From Leptolyngbyaceae cyanobacterium (GTDB lineage Bacteria > Cyanobacteriota > Cyanobacteriia > Phormidesmidales > Phormidesmidaceae): a stretch of 64,000 bases of DNA. Position numbers and translations under genes: made by a program. The DNA is taken from the NCBI GenBank assembly GCA_965263355.1, contig CBDHHL010000025.1:101803-165802 (forward strand), in the 5' to 3' direction. The notes beneath the pieces are model-generated. The model saw nothing but the letters and a program-made list of their open reading frames with translations. It made no database searches and was not told the origin of the DNA. The stretch's first letter is position 1. Each line of letters opens with the position of its first letter. This document shows, in pieces, positions 33,390 to 43,622 of this stretch.

Positions 33390-33542
33390 CGACTGTTCAG
33401 ATCACTATTTCTGGTCATTACAGCCCAACTGTTGGCTTTATTACAGAGCCTTAATGTATAACGTTGCTATTATACTAACTTGATAGGGTTCACATCAGAG
33501 CGGTTAAACCGATCAATAAGCAACGGTTAATGCCTGCTCTCG

Positions 33543-34370
33543 TTAATCTGTTGTCCCCGTCTGCCCTGGTGACGTAATCTCAACAGAGCTGGCATCCACT
33601 GGTAAAGGAACAAGCTGTTCAAGCCTAGCTGAGATCAGCAATGTCTGCCACTGACTTAATATATCCTGATTTTGTGGATGATGCTGTAACTGCTCCAACA
33701 ATATACCCAGATGATCATACCAAAGCCGATTGTCTTCCAAGGATGAAGCTTCAACCCGATCAACCCAACCTTCCACCGAAATATTTTCTGAACGGTTACT
33801 AGGGTTGCATACTATTGAGGCTGCCCAACGATAGCGCTGATTAATTTCCAATTTGGGAGCGTCAGCCATGGTTTCTAGATCTAGACCTACAAGGTCGGTC
33901 GTAGGCTCTACAGTAAAGCTAGTTTGATAGATAATCTCGTCTTGATCATTAAACAAATAAAACTCTAGCTGTTTAGTACTAACCACATCTGGCACACTTA
34001 CCCACAGTGTCGGTTCTGCCACAGCTGTGGTACCTAAATTAGTTTCTGGCACAATAGCTACCAACGGTGAGGCATCTGCGGCGCAGGCAGACGTCGGCAA
34101 CCGAGATGCCCCGCTGATACGTCTGCCGGGTAACCCTTGGCGTACTTGCTCTTCTTCAGTAGCTTGCACAACAATAGGAGAACAACACAATACTCCTAGA
34201 AAAATAGATAACCCTAGAGTTGTCTGACGGGCCAATTGTTTAGAGAAAAACAAAGTATTTATATTAATTGCACGGTTAATAAATTTCATATGAGATAGTA
34301 AATCTGATGTATCGCTTTTCATATGCATCGTTCTTTTCGATAGAACTCCTGAGTTAAAAAGAGTGTTCAA
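33543..34370 (-). CDS. DUF928 domain protein
   Basis: PGRRISGASR, PTLWVSVP, YRWAASIVC, GWVDRV and LWYD motifs in CHAT/CHASE2 context. True start is probably downstream of 34370. Confidence 0.85.
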   Translation of the reverse strand: MNTLFNSGVLSKRTMHMKSDTSDLLSHMKFINRAININTLFFSKQLARQTTLGLSIFLGVLCCSPIVVQATEEEQVRQGLPGRRISGASRLPTSACAADASPLVAIVPETNLGTTAVAEPTLWVSVPDVVSTKQLEFYLFNDQDEIIYQTSFTVEPTTDLVGLDLETMADAPKLEINQRYRWAASIVCNPSNRSENISVEGWVDRVEASSLEDNRLWYDHLGILLEQLQHHPQNQDILSQWQTLLISARLEQLVPLPVDASSVEITSPGQTGTTD

Positions 34371-35124
34371 AAAAATAAGATAGCATCTGTAGAAAACGCA
34401 CTACTGCCTAATGATTGAAAGCTAAATGAACATAGTAAAAAAAATCATTCTATGTTCTAAGGATAAGATAAGGCATGCCATTCCTCCAACCATGCCCCTC
34501 TTTAACTTTTCTAAGTCATTAGAGGGGGCAAGTAAAACCGTAGTTGTACTTATTGGAATATGTGTACTGTGGAAAAATACGCGTACTCATTTAGACAAAA
34601 GTAGAATGGATAGCAAATATAAAAAGTCAGGACAGAATTTCTATTTTGAGTCGGAATAACCTGCCATTAAATCTACTATACCTGCAGTTTTAGGCTTGGA
34701 CAAGGCAATCATCTAGCCAGAGAAAATGATGCTATGAAAGTAGCTCTGAGTAGACTAACGATGAGAGCTGTAAACCGATAGTAGGCCATTGATCATCATG
34801 TGAATGCAGTACGGAGACTCTTCTTCAGATGCTGACGTTACGATGTGCTTATCTCAAGCAACAGCTTGATATCTTGCAAAGCGTATAACTACTGTGATTT
34901 TCCTGAAGACTGTTCTCACAATTTGTGTATTGGCAAGAATAAACTCATAATTTATCGCCATTTGTCGTAGAAAGCTGATCATGCAAATATAGATCAACCA
35001 AACAATCTTGTTTTACAGATATATTCTGTTCATATTGATAACACTTATGAAACGATTACAAACAATCTCCTACACAACCTGTTGAACTCACGCAGCAGAT
35101 TATGTTGCATATGACTGTTGTTCA

Positions 35125-35172
35125 AATATAGAAACCGCCCTAGGGTAGTTAACCTAGAGCGGTTTCTATATT
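35125..35172. terminator. Strong hairpin, probable terminator
   Basis: AATATAGAAACCGC..GCGGTTTCTATATT arms with inner CTAGG/CCTAG pairing, downstream of the 35266..35514 ORF. Confidence 0.6.
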
Positions 35173-35265
35173 CGAAATCCGATTGAATTAAACCTTGTCC
35201 ACGTCCAAAACGGTCGTTTTTCCATAAAAGAACCTACTGGTTACGACTTGGACGTGGTTTAGGTA

Positions 35266-35514
35266 TTACCGTCTGTGCGTTTCCTGTGCTCTCCGTTTTC
35301 CAGACCTAGAGCTAGATTTGTGTTCATGGTCAGAGTCCGTTTTGCTCCTAGACTCTCTAGAAATGTAGTCAATCAAGGCTAAGCTCAGCGCATTGTCCTC
35401 AAAATCCTCATACGCCCCTGCGGATGACCGGGGCTGTTGATGCTGACTAGGTTCAAGGATTTTACTTGTTGCTAGAAAAATACCGATTACAATGAATAGT
35501 GGTAAAAAAGGCAT
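35266..35514 (-). CDS. Small membrane-anchored hypothetical protein
   Basis: GAGGG upstream, hydrophobic N-terminus, hairpin downstream. Confidence 0.5.
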   Translation of the reverse strand: MPFLPLFIVIGIFLATSKILEPSQHQQPRSSAGAYEDFEDNALSLALIDYISRESRSKTDSDHEHKSSSRSGKRRAQETHRR

Positions 35515-35688
35515 AGTAACACCCTCGCAAAATTCAGTAGATGCTCTGATCAGGGAACTATGACGTTATGATAGCTCTGTGAATTTACGGTGAAGATGAT
35601 ACTGATCACACCGATCCCGAGATTTAGATACCAGACAACGGTGACCGCGCATTTCCTGACTTTAGACCCTCAAACCAGAGAACATCCC

Positions 35689-37116
35689 TTAAACCAGGGA
35701 ACGTCGCCAATTAAAGAAACGACGAAGTATGTTTTGTGCTCGATTATTCTTTGCATAGCTTTGCTTGGTAAGCTGCAAAGCAGCCTTAGCATTGATTTCC
35801 GATAGGGTGGGATAGACGTGAATAATGCTTTTAAGGGCACCAATCTTCATTTTGTAGCTCATGGCCAAGACCACTTCGTGGATCAGCTCACCCGCATGGG
35901 GACCCACAATATGAGCCCCTAAGATTTCTCCGTTAAGGCGAGTAATAAACTTGGCAAATCCATGGCCTGCGGCTTCAGCTAACGCCCGATCAACATCTTT
36001 AAATTCGTGTTTAAGTACAGCTACATCATCACCATAGCGCTCCCTAGCTTGGGCTTCGGTTAATCCTACGCGGGCTAGCTCAGGTTCAGTGAAAGTGGCC
36101 CAAGGAATCACCCGGTAGTCAGCTTTTTTGGTGGGCAATAACAGCGCATTTTGCAGCACTACAGCGGCTTCATAACCAGCAACATGGGTAAACTGATACC
36201 CACCGATGACATCCCCTGCACCGTAGATATGCTTCACACTGGTTTGAAGTTTTTCATTAACCTTGATGCCGGCTTTGCCCACGTCTACACCAGCCGCTTC
36301 TAAGCCAAGGGATTCTACATTGGGTATACGCCCGGTGGAAAGCAAAATTTCATCCACTATGACTACATGATCACCCACAGAAAGGTGCTTTTTCCCGTCG
36401 ATGATGTCCACCTTTTGGGCTCGACTTTGAGTCAATATTCGAATCCCTTCAGACTCAAGCTGCTTTTGAACAACGGCAGCTGCTTCAGGGTCTTCTTTGG
36501 GCATGATTTGATTGCGGCTAGCAATGATGGTTACCTCTGTGCCTAGACGGGCAAAGGATTGTCCTAACTCACAACCAATAGGACCAGCTCCAATTACTGC
36601 CAGTGAGTCGGGTCTTTCTTTAAGGGAGAAAACTTGTTCATTAGTTAAAAAGCCAGCTTCTTTTAGGCCCTCAATAGGGGGAATTGCTGGTCGAGATCCC
36701 GTAGAAATTAGAAAGTTACGTGCCTTGAGCTGACGACCATTTATTTCGAACGTCCGCGCGTCAACGAACTGACCTGAACCGTAAAAGACATCCACACCTA
36801 AAGATTCAAAGCGCTCTGTCGAGTCATGCTCTTGAATAATACCGATAACGTTTTGTACGTGATTGATAGCTTCTTCAAACTTGATGGTGGGTGTAGACGT
36901 GTAGATGCCAAACTTTGCCCCCGTACGGACATGATGGGCCACTTGACCAGCATGGATAAGGGACTTACTGGGTACGCATCCGTAGTGGAGACAGTCACCG
37001 CCTAAGAGGTGTTTTTCGACTAGGGCAATGCGTGCGTTGAGCTGGGCTCCTCCACTGGCAGCTACTAGCCCAGCAGAACCGCCACCAATAACTACAAGAT
37101 CGTACTCAACTGCCAT
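35689..37116 (-). CDS. Pyridine nucleotide-disulfide oxidoreductase (MerA/LpdA-like, lacks MerA C-terminal Cys pair)
   Basis: GGGSAG, GGDCLHYGCVPSK, GAGPIG, GAGDV and HVYPT motifs. Confidence 0.9.
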   Translation of the reverse strand: MAVEYDLVVIGGGSAGLVAASGGAQLNARIALVEKHLLGGDCLHYGCVPSKSLIHAGQVAHHVRTGAKFGIYTSTPTIKFEEAINHVQNVIGIIQEHDSTERFESLGVDVFYGSGQFVDARTFEINGRQLKARNFLISTGSRPAIPPIEGLKEAGFLTNEQVFSLKERPDSLAVIGAGPIGCELGQSFARLGTEVTIIASRNQIMPKEDPEAAAVVQKQLESEGIRILTQSRAQKVDIIDGKKHLSVGDHVVIVDEILLSTGRIPNVESLGLEAAGVDVGKAGIKVNEKLQTSVKHIYGAGDVIGGYQFTHVAGYEAAVVLQNALLLPTKKADYRVIPWATFTEPELARVGLTEAQARERYGDDVAVLKHEFKDVDRALAEAAGHGFAKFITRLNGEILGAHIVGPHAGELIHEVVLAMSYKMKIGALKSIIHVYPTLSEINAKAALQLTKQSYAKNNRAQNILRRFFNWRRSLV

Positions 37117-37294
37117 GTTTACTGCTCCTGGTTGATTTCATATTTGAAACTACAGGTCATTTCTGAAGTCTGGCTGAGAAGCTCTGGAAAAAATGCTAAG
37201 GGGGGTTAACGCGACATGGCTTGTTTTAGGGCATGGATGTCCAGTTTAAAAAACTCAAATCAATTTGAGTCAACATTACAGTTGAAATCGGTGG

Positions 37295-38071
37295 CTAAAC
37301 AGTCACTAAATCTAAATCTTGTTTGCCCCGCAATAGATCGGTAATCTCATGTTTGTAGGCCTGAAACTGAGAGTCTCGCTTCATAGCATAAGTCCGTTCT
37401 TCAGGCAAATCAACAATAACCTCTCGCTGAATGGTGCCTGGTCGTGCTGTCATAACGTAGATGCGTTGAGAGAGAAACACAGCCTCCTCCACATCATGGG
37501 TGATCATTAAAATAGTGCAACGGGTACGTTTCCAAAGCTCTAATAGAAATAACTGCATGGCTTCTTTGGTTTGCACATCCAGGGCACCAAAGGGCTCGTC
37601 CATGAGAAGAATTTTGGGATGACAGGCTAGGGCACGTGCGATCGCAACCCGTTGCTTCATCCCTCCTGATAGCTCCTTGGGCAGTGAGTTTGAAAAATTC
37701 GCCAGCCCTACCACATCCAAATAATAGCTAGCCCGTTCGCGCCGTACTTTCTTAGGCACTCCCTGCAGCTTCAGGCCAAATTCAACATTTTGTTGAACAG
37801 TCATCCATGGATATAGGGTGTACTTCTGAAACACCATACCACGATCAGCGCCTGGGCCTGTCACCGGCTCATAATCAACGGTAATCTCACCCCCTGTCGG
37901 GATATCTAACCCAGCGATCAAGCGTAGTAACGTTGATTTTCCTGACCCCGAGGCTCCCACAGCACAGACCAGCTCTCCCGTATCAACATGCATATTGATA
38001 TCTTTGAGCGCTAGCAGCGGCCCTTGTTTTGTTGGAAATTGCTTGTAAAGCTTAGAAATTTCAAGATGCAT
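37295..38071 (-). CDS. ABC transporter ATP-binding subunit (NitT/TauT family, guanidine importer)
   Basis: GASGSGKST, LSGGMKQR, LMDEPFGALD, last gene of the guanidine operon. Confidence 0.9.
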   Translation of the reverse strand: MHLEISKLYKQFPTKQGPLLALKDINMHVDTGELVCAVGASGSGKSTLLRLIAGLDIPTGGEITVDYEPVTGPGADRGMVFQKYTLYPWMTVQQNVEFGLKLQGVPKKVRRERASYYLDVVGLANFSNSLPKELSGGMKQRVAIARALACHPKILLMDEPFGALDVQTKEAMQLFLLELWKRTRCTILMITHDVEEAVFLSQRIYVMTARPGTIQREVIVDLPEERTYAMKRDSQFQAYKHEITDLLRGKQDLDLVTV

Positions 38072-38073
38072 GA

Positions 38074-38919
38074 CTAATCAAATGCCCACTTACAAGTTGT
38101 TCTGAGCACCCAACGAAAGATCAAATCTAACGCAAACCCGATAACGCCTAACATGATCAGACAGGCAAAAATCTCATCGGTTTTGAAAAAACGCTGGGCT
38201 AGCAAAATGCGTTTACCTAACCCCTCCTCAGCTGCCACTAGCTCTGCAATCACCACCAGGTTCCAAGATGCCGCGATATTAATGCGAAATGTATCGATAA
38301 TACTTGGAATAATATAAGGCGTAATCACTGACATCAGCACCTGCCAACGTTGCCCTCCCAATGTATAGGTAGTCTCAATCAAGTCTTTGGGAACAAACTT
38401 AACTGCATCCATAATCATGAGAGTGTTATAAAACACTGTACCGATAAAAATAAGCGCAATTTTAGGTTCTTCATTTAAACCCAAATAGATAATTAATAAA
38501 GGAATAAAGGCTGGAGCAGGCATGTACCGCAAAATGCCAATAATCGGCTCCATCATGGCGCGAATGCTGGCAAATGCTCCCATACTGATACCTAAGGGCA
38601 CTGAAACAATTGCTGCCAGAGTAAACCCAATTGCCACACGCCCAAAACTGGCGAGAATGTCCTGGGTAATAAACCCTTTTTCCCACAGCCGTTGAAATGC
38701 GCCCCCCACATCCTGAGGGCTAGGCAAAAACTTAGGATTAACACCCGCGTAGTTTGATAGAAGCCACCAGACCGTCAAAGGCACCACCACCGAGGCCAAA
38801 ATCAGTGCCCAGCTAAGAGAATCTGGAATATCCTCAGCAATACGCCAAAATACTGTGGGTTTCAAGCTTTTAGACGTGGGCTCAAAATCATCTTTAAATG
38901 GTTCAGATACCTGGGTCAT
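38074..38919 (-). CDS. ABC transporter permease (guanidine importer)
   Basis: FLPSP, RYMPAPAFIPL and SWNLVVIAEL motifs, operon context. Confidence 0.9.
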   Translation of the reverse strand: MTQVSEPFKDDFEPTSKSLKPTVFWRIAEDIPDSLSWALILASVVVPLTVWWLLSNYAGVNPKFLPSPQDVGGAFQRLWEKGFITQDILASFGRVAIGFTLAAIVSVPLGISMGAFASIRAMMEPIIGILRYMPAPAFIPLLIIYLGLNEEPKIALIFIGTVFYNTLMIMDAVKFVPKDLIETTYTLGGQRWQVLMSVITPYIIPSIIDTFRINIAASWNLVVIAELVAAEEGLGKRILLAQRFFKTDEIFACLIMLGVIGFALDLIFRWVLRTTCKWAFD

Positions 38920-38965
38920 GGGTCGGTTTTCTTAAGAACATATATAAAGAAAGTAGGGGTATACA

Positions 38966-38995
38966 GGTAGGGGCGTTGCATGCAACGCCCCTACC
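38966..38995. repeat. REP-like GTAG palindrome
   Basis: GGTAGGGGCGTTGCATGCAACGCCCCTACC perfect palindrome. Confidence 0.85.
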
Positions 38996-39007
38996 CATCA
39001 GGTCCAT

Positions 39008-40063
39008 CTAAGAACCCTCTGCATAGGCTTTGACAAAACTGTCATCAAGGATAGCCCCTAAATCTTCAGGACCGGCCTCAATAAAGCCCACATCCACCAT
39101 AAAGTCATTCATCTTTTGCGCAGCAAAGGGCATATGCTTCATGCCATCACCGTCGCTAAACGCTTCCAAATTCTCTTCAATGGTGAAAATGTGAGTACCC
39201 GCTTTAAAGTCTTCGTACTCCTCAACGGAAACACCTGAACGGGCCGCCATAATCTTGTTGGACTCTTCGGGATTTTTAGCAATGTAGTCGAGGGTAGCGA
39301 ACCAGGTGTTAACCATGGCCTGTACCTGCTCAGGTTGCTCATCAATCATCTTTTGACTCACAACCAACAGGTCAGGAATTGCCCCTGGATAATCTTTAGA
39401 GGACAGCAACTCTTTACTGCCTTCCCGCTCCAGGGCAATACCCCAGAAAGGAGGCCATGCTGCAACAGCATCCACCTGACCAGAGGCAAATGCTGCCGCT
39501 GCTGCCCCCGTTTCTAAATTCTTAATGGTGATATCCGAGCGAGACATACCAGCTTCTTCCAAGGCCTGGGTGAGCATAAAGTCACCCACTACCCCCTCTT
39601 CCAGGGCGACAGTCTTACCCTTCAAATCTTCGACACTATTAATATCTGCTGTAACAATGACTTTATCATTACCCGCTGAGTTGTCATTAACCAAAACAAC
39701 GACCTCACCATTGGCTGCATCTGCCGCGAAAGAAATCGTGTCGTTTAGGGTTTGGCCATTGCCATCGAGTTGGCCAGCGGCAAAGGCTTCCATAGACGCC
39801 AGATAACCGTCAAACCACTTGAGTTCTACATTGGCTCCATTCGCTTCAAATAGTCCTTTCTCCTCCGCAACGGCCCAAGGCAACCAACCAGGCCAGTTAC
39901 TGTATCCAATCACCAGAGGAGCCCCCTCAGCTGAAGCAACCTCAGCAGCAGGTTCAGCAGCAGGCTCAGATATCGTTTCTGGAGCATTGCCTGCACAGCC
40001 GACAGCAACTACCAAACCAAAAACAAAGGCCAAACATGTAGATAAAAATCGTTGTCGTTGCAT
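39008..40063 (-). CDS. ABC substrate-binding lipoprotein (guanidine importer)
   Basis: Lipobox AVGC, GYSNWPGWLPW, DNSAGND, downstream of a guanidine riboswitch. Confidence 0.88.
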   Translation of the reverse strand: MQRQRFLSTCLAFVFGLVVAVGCAGNAPETISEPAAEPAAEVASAEGAPLVIGYSNWPGWLPWAVAEEKGLFEANGANVELKWFDGYLASMEAFAAGQLDGNGQTLNDTISFAADAANGEVVVLVNDNSAGNDKVIVTADINSVEDLKGKTVALEEGVVGDFMLTQALEEAGMSRSDITIKNLETGAAAAAFASGQVDAVAAWPPFWGIALEREGSKELLSSKDYPGAIPDLLVVSQKMIDEQPEQVQAMVNTWFATLDYIAKNPEESNKIMAARSGVSVEEYEDFKAGTHIFTIEENLEAFSDGDGMKHMPFAAQKMNDFMVDVGFIEAGPEDLGAILDDSFVKAYAEGS

Positions 40064-40171
40064 TGTAAACCTCATTCAATTGGACATTGGACACTTTATG
40101 GGAAATGTAAAAAGTGATTGAACGTTATTGGAAACTAGCAGTTGCCCTGTTTTATACAGGACCTCTGGTAC

Positions 40172-40867
40172 TCATACTGTGAGCTGTAAACGGTTTGCTT
40201 GATTCATAACCGTTTGCTGAACCCACTTAAACCAGTCTGTTAACCCTTCGCTGGTCTTAGCAGACACCCGAAATATAGTCACATTAGGATTAATTTGCCT
40301 GACATTAGCTTCGATCTGAGCCAGGTCCACGTCTACGTAGGGAGCCAGATCTGTTTTAGTAATCAACAAGCAATCTGCTTCGCGGAACATGACTGGATAT
40401 TTCAGGGGTTTGTCCTCCCCTTCGGTAACGCTCAGTAGAGCAACTTTGGCATGTTCCCCTACCTCAAATTCGGCTGGGCAAACTAGATTACCAACGTTCT
40501 CAACCACCACTAAATCCAGATTCGTTGGGTCATGCTCATGCTGTAGATGATGAATCCCACCAGCGACCATCTTGGAATCTAGATGGCAAGAACGACCGGT
40601 ATTGATGGCAATGACCGGCACACCGTACTGACGCAGTCGATTGGCATCCAGCTCAGTGGTCATATCGCCTTCAATAATGGCAATGTTTAGACTCTGTAAT
40701 CCTTTAAGCGTGCTTTCCAAAAGCTGAGTTTTACCTGCGCCGGGGCTACTCATAAGGTTGATACAGGTGATACCCCACTCATCAAAATGGGCACGGTTAT
40801 GATCTGCCCCTTGTTGATTGGCATGGAGCAAGTTCATCTCAAGGGCGGCGTCAAAGGTTTGGTGCAT
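40172..40867 (-). CDS. hypB: HypB-like Ni GTPase (GhaB-type maturation factor)
   Basis: [32 protein letters not shown]. Confidence 0.9.
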   Translation of the reverse strand: MHQTFDAALEMNLLHANQQGADHNRAHFDEWGITCINLMSSPGAGKTQLLESTLKGLQSLNIAIIEGDMTTELDANRLRQYGVPVIAINTGRSCHLDSKMVAGGIHHLQHEHDPTNLDLVVVENVGNLVCPAEFEVGEHAKVALLSVTEGEDKPLKYPVMFREADCLLITKTDLAPYVDVDLAQIEANVRQINPNVTIFRVSAKTSEGLTDWFKWVQQTVMNQANRLQLTV

Positions 40868-40895
40868 TTTTTAGCAATGGGGTTAGGTAATAGGG

Positions 40896-40927
40896 GCGTA
40901 GGGACGTTGCATGCAACGTCCCTACGC
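40896..40927. repeat. REP-like GTAG palindrome
   Basis: GCGTAGGGACGTTGCATGCAACGTCCCTACGC. Confidence 0.85.
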
Positions 40928-40932
40928 AGGGG

Positions 40933-41286
40933 CTAGGTGGTAACGCATTCAAGGTGGTCAATTTTTAATTCACGGCCAGAGCGAATGTCTTCCATGGGGC
41001 TATTACAGATGGGGCAGGCATATTGGCTGCCAAGCTTAGGTTGATAATCAGCACGGCAGGTATGACAGTGGGCTATCAGGGGAATATCCTTAATCACCAG
41101 CTGAGTTCCGTCTAGAAAAGTGCCCTGGGTCTGAACATCAAAGGCAAATTGTAAGCTGGCGGGTTCTACGCAGGTAAATTCACCAACGACAAGATGAACT
41201 TTTTGAATGGTAGGCCTTTCAGGTTGAGAATCCCACCAATCACGAATAGTGCCGATTAAGGCTTTGGTCATATCGGTTTCGTGCAT
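40933..41286 (-). CDS. hypA: HypA-like Ni chaperone (GhaA-type)
   Basis: MHE start at 41286, two CxxC motifs, GREL. Confidence 0.9.
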   Translation of the reverse strand: MHETDMTKALIGTIRDWWDSQPERPTIQKVHLVVGEFTCVEPASLQFAFDVQTQGTFLDGTQLVIKDIPLIAHCHTCRADYQPKLGSQYACPICNSPMEDIRSGRELKIDHLECVTT

Positions 41287-41339
41287 GGATAGGCAATGGG
41301 ATAGGGGGAATGGGCAGATGGGCAATGATCAACACAATG

Positions 41340-41371
41340 ATGTAGGGGCATTGCATGCAATACCCCTACAT
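41340..41371. repeat. REP-like GTAG palindrome
   Basis: ATGTAGGGGCATTGCATGCAATACCCCTACAT (one mismatch). Confidence 0.8.
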
Positions 41372-41381
41372 TGGGTTTAGC

Positions 41382-42560
41382 TTATTGCCAGCCGCTGCCG
41401 ACATCCATGTTGGCCTCTGAATGAATATAGTCAGGGGTATTAGCTCTGGGCAATTGTCCTGATTGCACTAGGTGTGCCATGGCGTCACAGATAACGCGGG
41501 TGGCCATAAGGGAGGTCATGTCACTGATGTCATAGGGGGGAGAGACTTCGACCACCTCTAGACCACATACTGGTGCACTGCGAATGATTTTGCCTAGTAG
41601 ATATAGGGCTTCGCGGGGCAATAATCCACCGGGCTCAGGCCAGCCGGTTCCAGGGACAAATCCGGCGTCGATGCAATCAATGTCAAAACTGATGTAAACG
41701 CAGTCAGTGCCATCAAGCGCCCGCTCCAGAGCAAAGTCGGCGGCAGCATCTAAACCCATTTCGGTAATGTCGGTCACGGTGAGAATATTGGTGGCCCGCT
41801 CGCGACAGACTTTTACCCCCTGACGGGGCACCTGCCAACCGCCAATACCCAGCTGCACCAGGTTTTTGGCGGGAGCATTTTTCATATTGGTGGCATGGAA
41901 CCAGGGACAGGTGTGCATGCGCTCGTCCAGGTCGGTTTCTTGCGTGTCGACATGGCGATCAAAGTGGATGATACCGACTTTTTTATCGCCTAAATGGCGA
42001 CACACACCGCGTACTGTCGGGAAGCCGATAGAATGGTCACCGCCAAGAATGATAGGAAATGCACCGGAGCTAAAAATATGGGCAACCCCTTTAGAAATCT
42101 GGTCAAAGGATTTTTCATTGTTGGCAGGAATAGTAAAGATGTCGCCCACATCACATAGGGTAATCTGCTCACGCAGATCAATGCCCATTTCAAAGTTGTA
42201 GGGTGTGTATAGAGCAGAAATGCGGCGGATTCCCTGGGGACCAAATCGGGTGCCTGGACGATAAGTGGTGCCAGAGTCGTGGGGGACACCGACAATGGCG
42301 ACATCGTATTCACCCACCTTACGCACGTCTTCCACGTAGGGAGCCTTGAGAAAGGTATTAATGCCAGCGTAGTGGGGGAGTTCACCGCGAGAGAATGTAG
42401 GGATGGTGCGATCGCGAATACTCTCAGCCGCCTCTAAACCATATTCCAACCCCTGAGACACTTCTTGTTGCCACCCAGTAAGGGGCAACTGGGCCTCCCG
42501 TTCTAGGGCTTGACTAGCTTCTGAATCAGCTGGATTACGAAAGGTGGGGGTATCACTCAT
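41382..42560 (-). CDS. gdmH: Ni-dependent guanidine hydrolase (arginase/agmatinase family)
   Basis: FSRGELPHYAG, GGDHSIG, HFDRHVD, HTCPW, SFDID..GTGWPEPGG, together with hypA/hypB, an ABC importer and the riboswitch. Start placed at MSDTP. Confidence 0.9.
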   Translation of the reverse strand: MSDTPTFRNPADSEASQALEREAQLPLTGWQQEVSQGLEYGLEAAESIRDRTIPTFSRGELPHYAGINTFLKAPYVEDVRKVGEYDVAIVGVPHDSGTTYRPGTRFGPQGIRRISALYTPYNFEMGIDLREQITLCDVGDIFTIPANNEKSFDQISKGVAHIFSSGAFPIILGGDHSIGFPTVRGVCRHLGDKKVGIIHFDRHVDTQETDLDERMHTCPWFHATNMKNAPAKNLVQLGIGGWQVPRQGVKVCRERATNILTVTDITEMGLDAAADFALERALDGTDCVYISFDIDCIDAGFVPGTGWPEPGGLLPREALYLLGKIIRSAPVCGLEVVEVSPPYDISDMTSLMATRVICDAMAHLVQSGQLPRANTPDYIHSEANMDVGSGWQ

Positions 42561-42640
42561 GATGTCGGTGCATAACACTAATGGAGCAAGACTGATATGG
42601 CAAGGACATTGATTCACCATTGAGGCCAAACGATGACTAC

Positions 42641-42705
42641 AAAATCAAAAGCCCGAGAGAATCCCTGGCAGACACAATCTGCTGAACGGTTTCTCCCGGG
42701 CTTTT
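42641..42705 (-). terminator. Riboswitch expression platform (intrinsic terminator)
   Basis: Minus-strand AAAAGCCCGGGAGA (aptamer 3' end) pairs with downstream TCTCTCGGGCTTTT, followed by GATTTT. Confidence 0.7.
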
Positions 42706-42800
42706 ATCCCGCCGTGTACCAGAAAACTGGCGGCTTCTCTCGGTCCAGACACTCAATACCTAAGCTCGTTGAGATACTAAATCGGAACCCTAGAAACCTT
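42692..42800 (-). ncRNA. Guanidine-I (ykkC-yxkD) riboswitch
   Basis: Minus strand TTTCTAGGGTTCCG...CTGGACCGAGAGAAG...ACACGGCGGGATAAAAGCCCGGGAG matches the family consensus. Confidence 0.93.
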
Positions 42801-42839
42801 TAGTTTGCTTTAGTATTCAAGGTCCTCAAATTTTCAGAA

Positions 42840-42853
42840 GTATCTGTTGTTAC
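42840..42853 (-). promoter_or_regulatory. NtcA box
   Basis: GTA-N8-TAC (minus strand GTAACAACAGATAC) with AATACT 22 nt downstream, just ahead of the riboswitch. Confidence 0.8.
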
Positions 42854-43115
42854 CAAAAAACGTATTAAATTATGACGTATTATTTCAATGAAAAGAGAAA
42901 TATGATTTATTCTAAGGAACTAATAACTCTTTAGAGCTATCGGTCAACAAGTTGGCCTTAAGGGATGGCGTTAAAGATGGTTTAAAGAACATCCAAGTTG
43001 AAATCTGTAGATTCTTCACCGGAAAAACAACCGTTCTGGACATGGACAAGGCTTAAATGTGCTGAAAAAGTCCTCTGAAAAGGGTTGTTTTGAATAATTC
43101 ATTCAGATTGAAAAA

Positions 43116-43511
43116 TTGTTAACTATGGAGAAAAAATGCGCAATGGCAGGGTGGCTTAAATTTATTCTAATTGGTGTGATTAGTGTCTTAAATTTGTGGC
43201 TGACCATGCCTGCCGCTATCGCTGTTCCCACTACTGATCAGTCAGCCGATGTGCGCTCTCCCAGCCAACCCGATGGGGATGACGATATGCCTATATTGAT
43301 GATTGCACCTGAGCTAATCAATCCGGATGAAATCCCCTTGGTTGAAGCCCAACCTGAATCAACATCTGCTACGGCCTGGTTAAGTGAGGCATTGACTATG
43401 CCTGAATCTGCTGAACCTGTTGAAGGCGATGGATCCATTGGCCGTGAAACTGTAGATACCACCTTAGATCAATGGCTAAATTCGGTTAAAAGCTTTTTTG
43501 AAGGCAGTTAG
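43116..43511 (+). CDS. Secreted acidic hypothetical protein
   Basis: Signal-peptide-like N-terminus (AIA), acidic low-complexity body. Confidence 0.55.
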   Translation: MLTMEKKCAMAGWLKFILIGVISVLNLWLTMPAAIAVPTTDQSADVRSPSQPDGDDDMPILMIAPELINPDEIPLVEAQPESTSATAWLSEALTMPESAEPVEGDGSIGRETVDTTLDQWLNSVKSFFEGS

Positions 43512-43622
43512 GATGGCATTACGTTCAGAACTTTAAGTAAGACGGTGGTTAGCGAATCCTGACGGTTCATTAAGGTGATGTCAAGCTTAAAAGGCGTTGG
43601 GTGGTGAGTCCTGATTCAGTGA

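Noticed and set aside
35689..37116. Mercuric reductase merA
   Set aside because: No C-terminal Cys pair, no NmerA domain and no mer genes nearby.
40172..41286. Hydrogenase maturation locus
   Set aside because: No hydrogenase genes are present; context with gdmH and the riboswitch points to Ni delivery for guanidine hydrolase.
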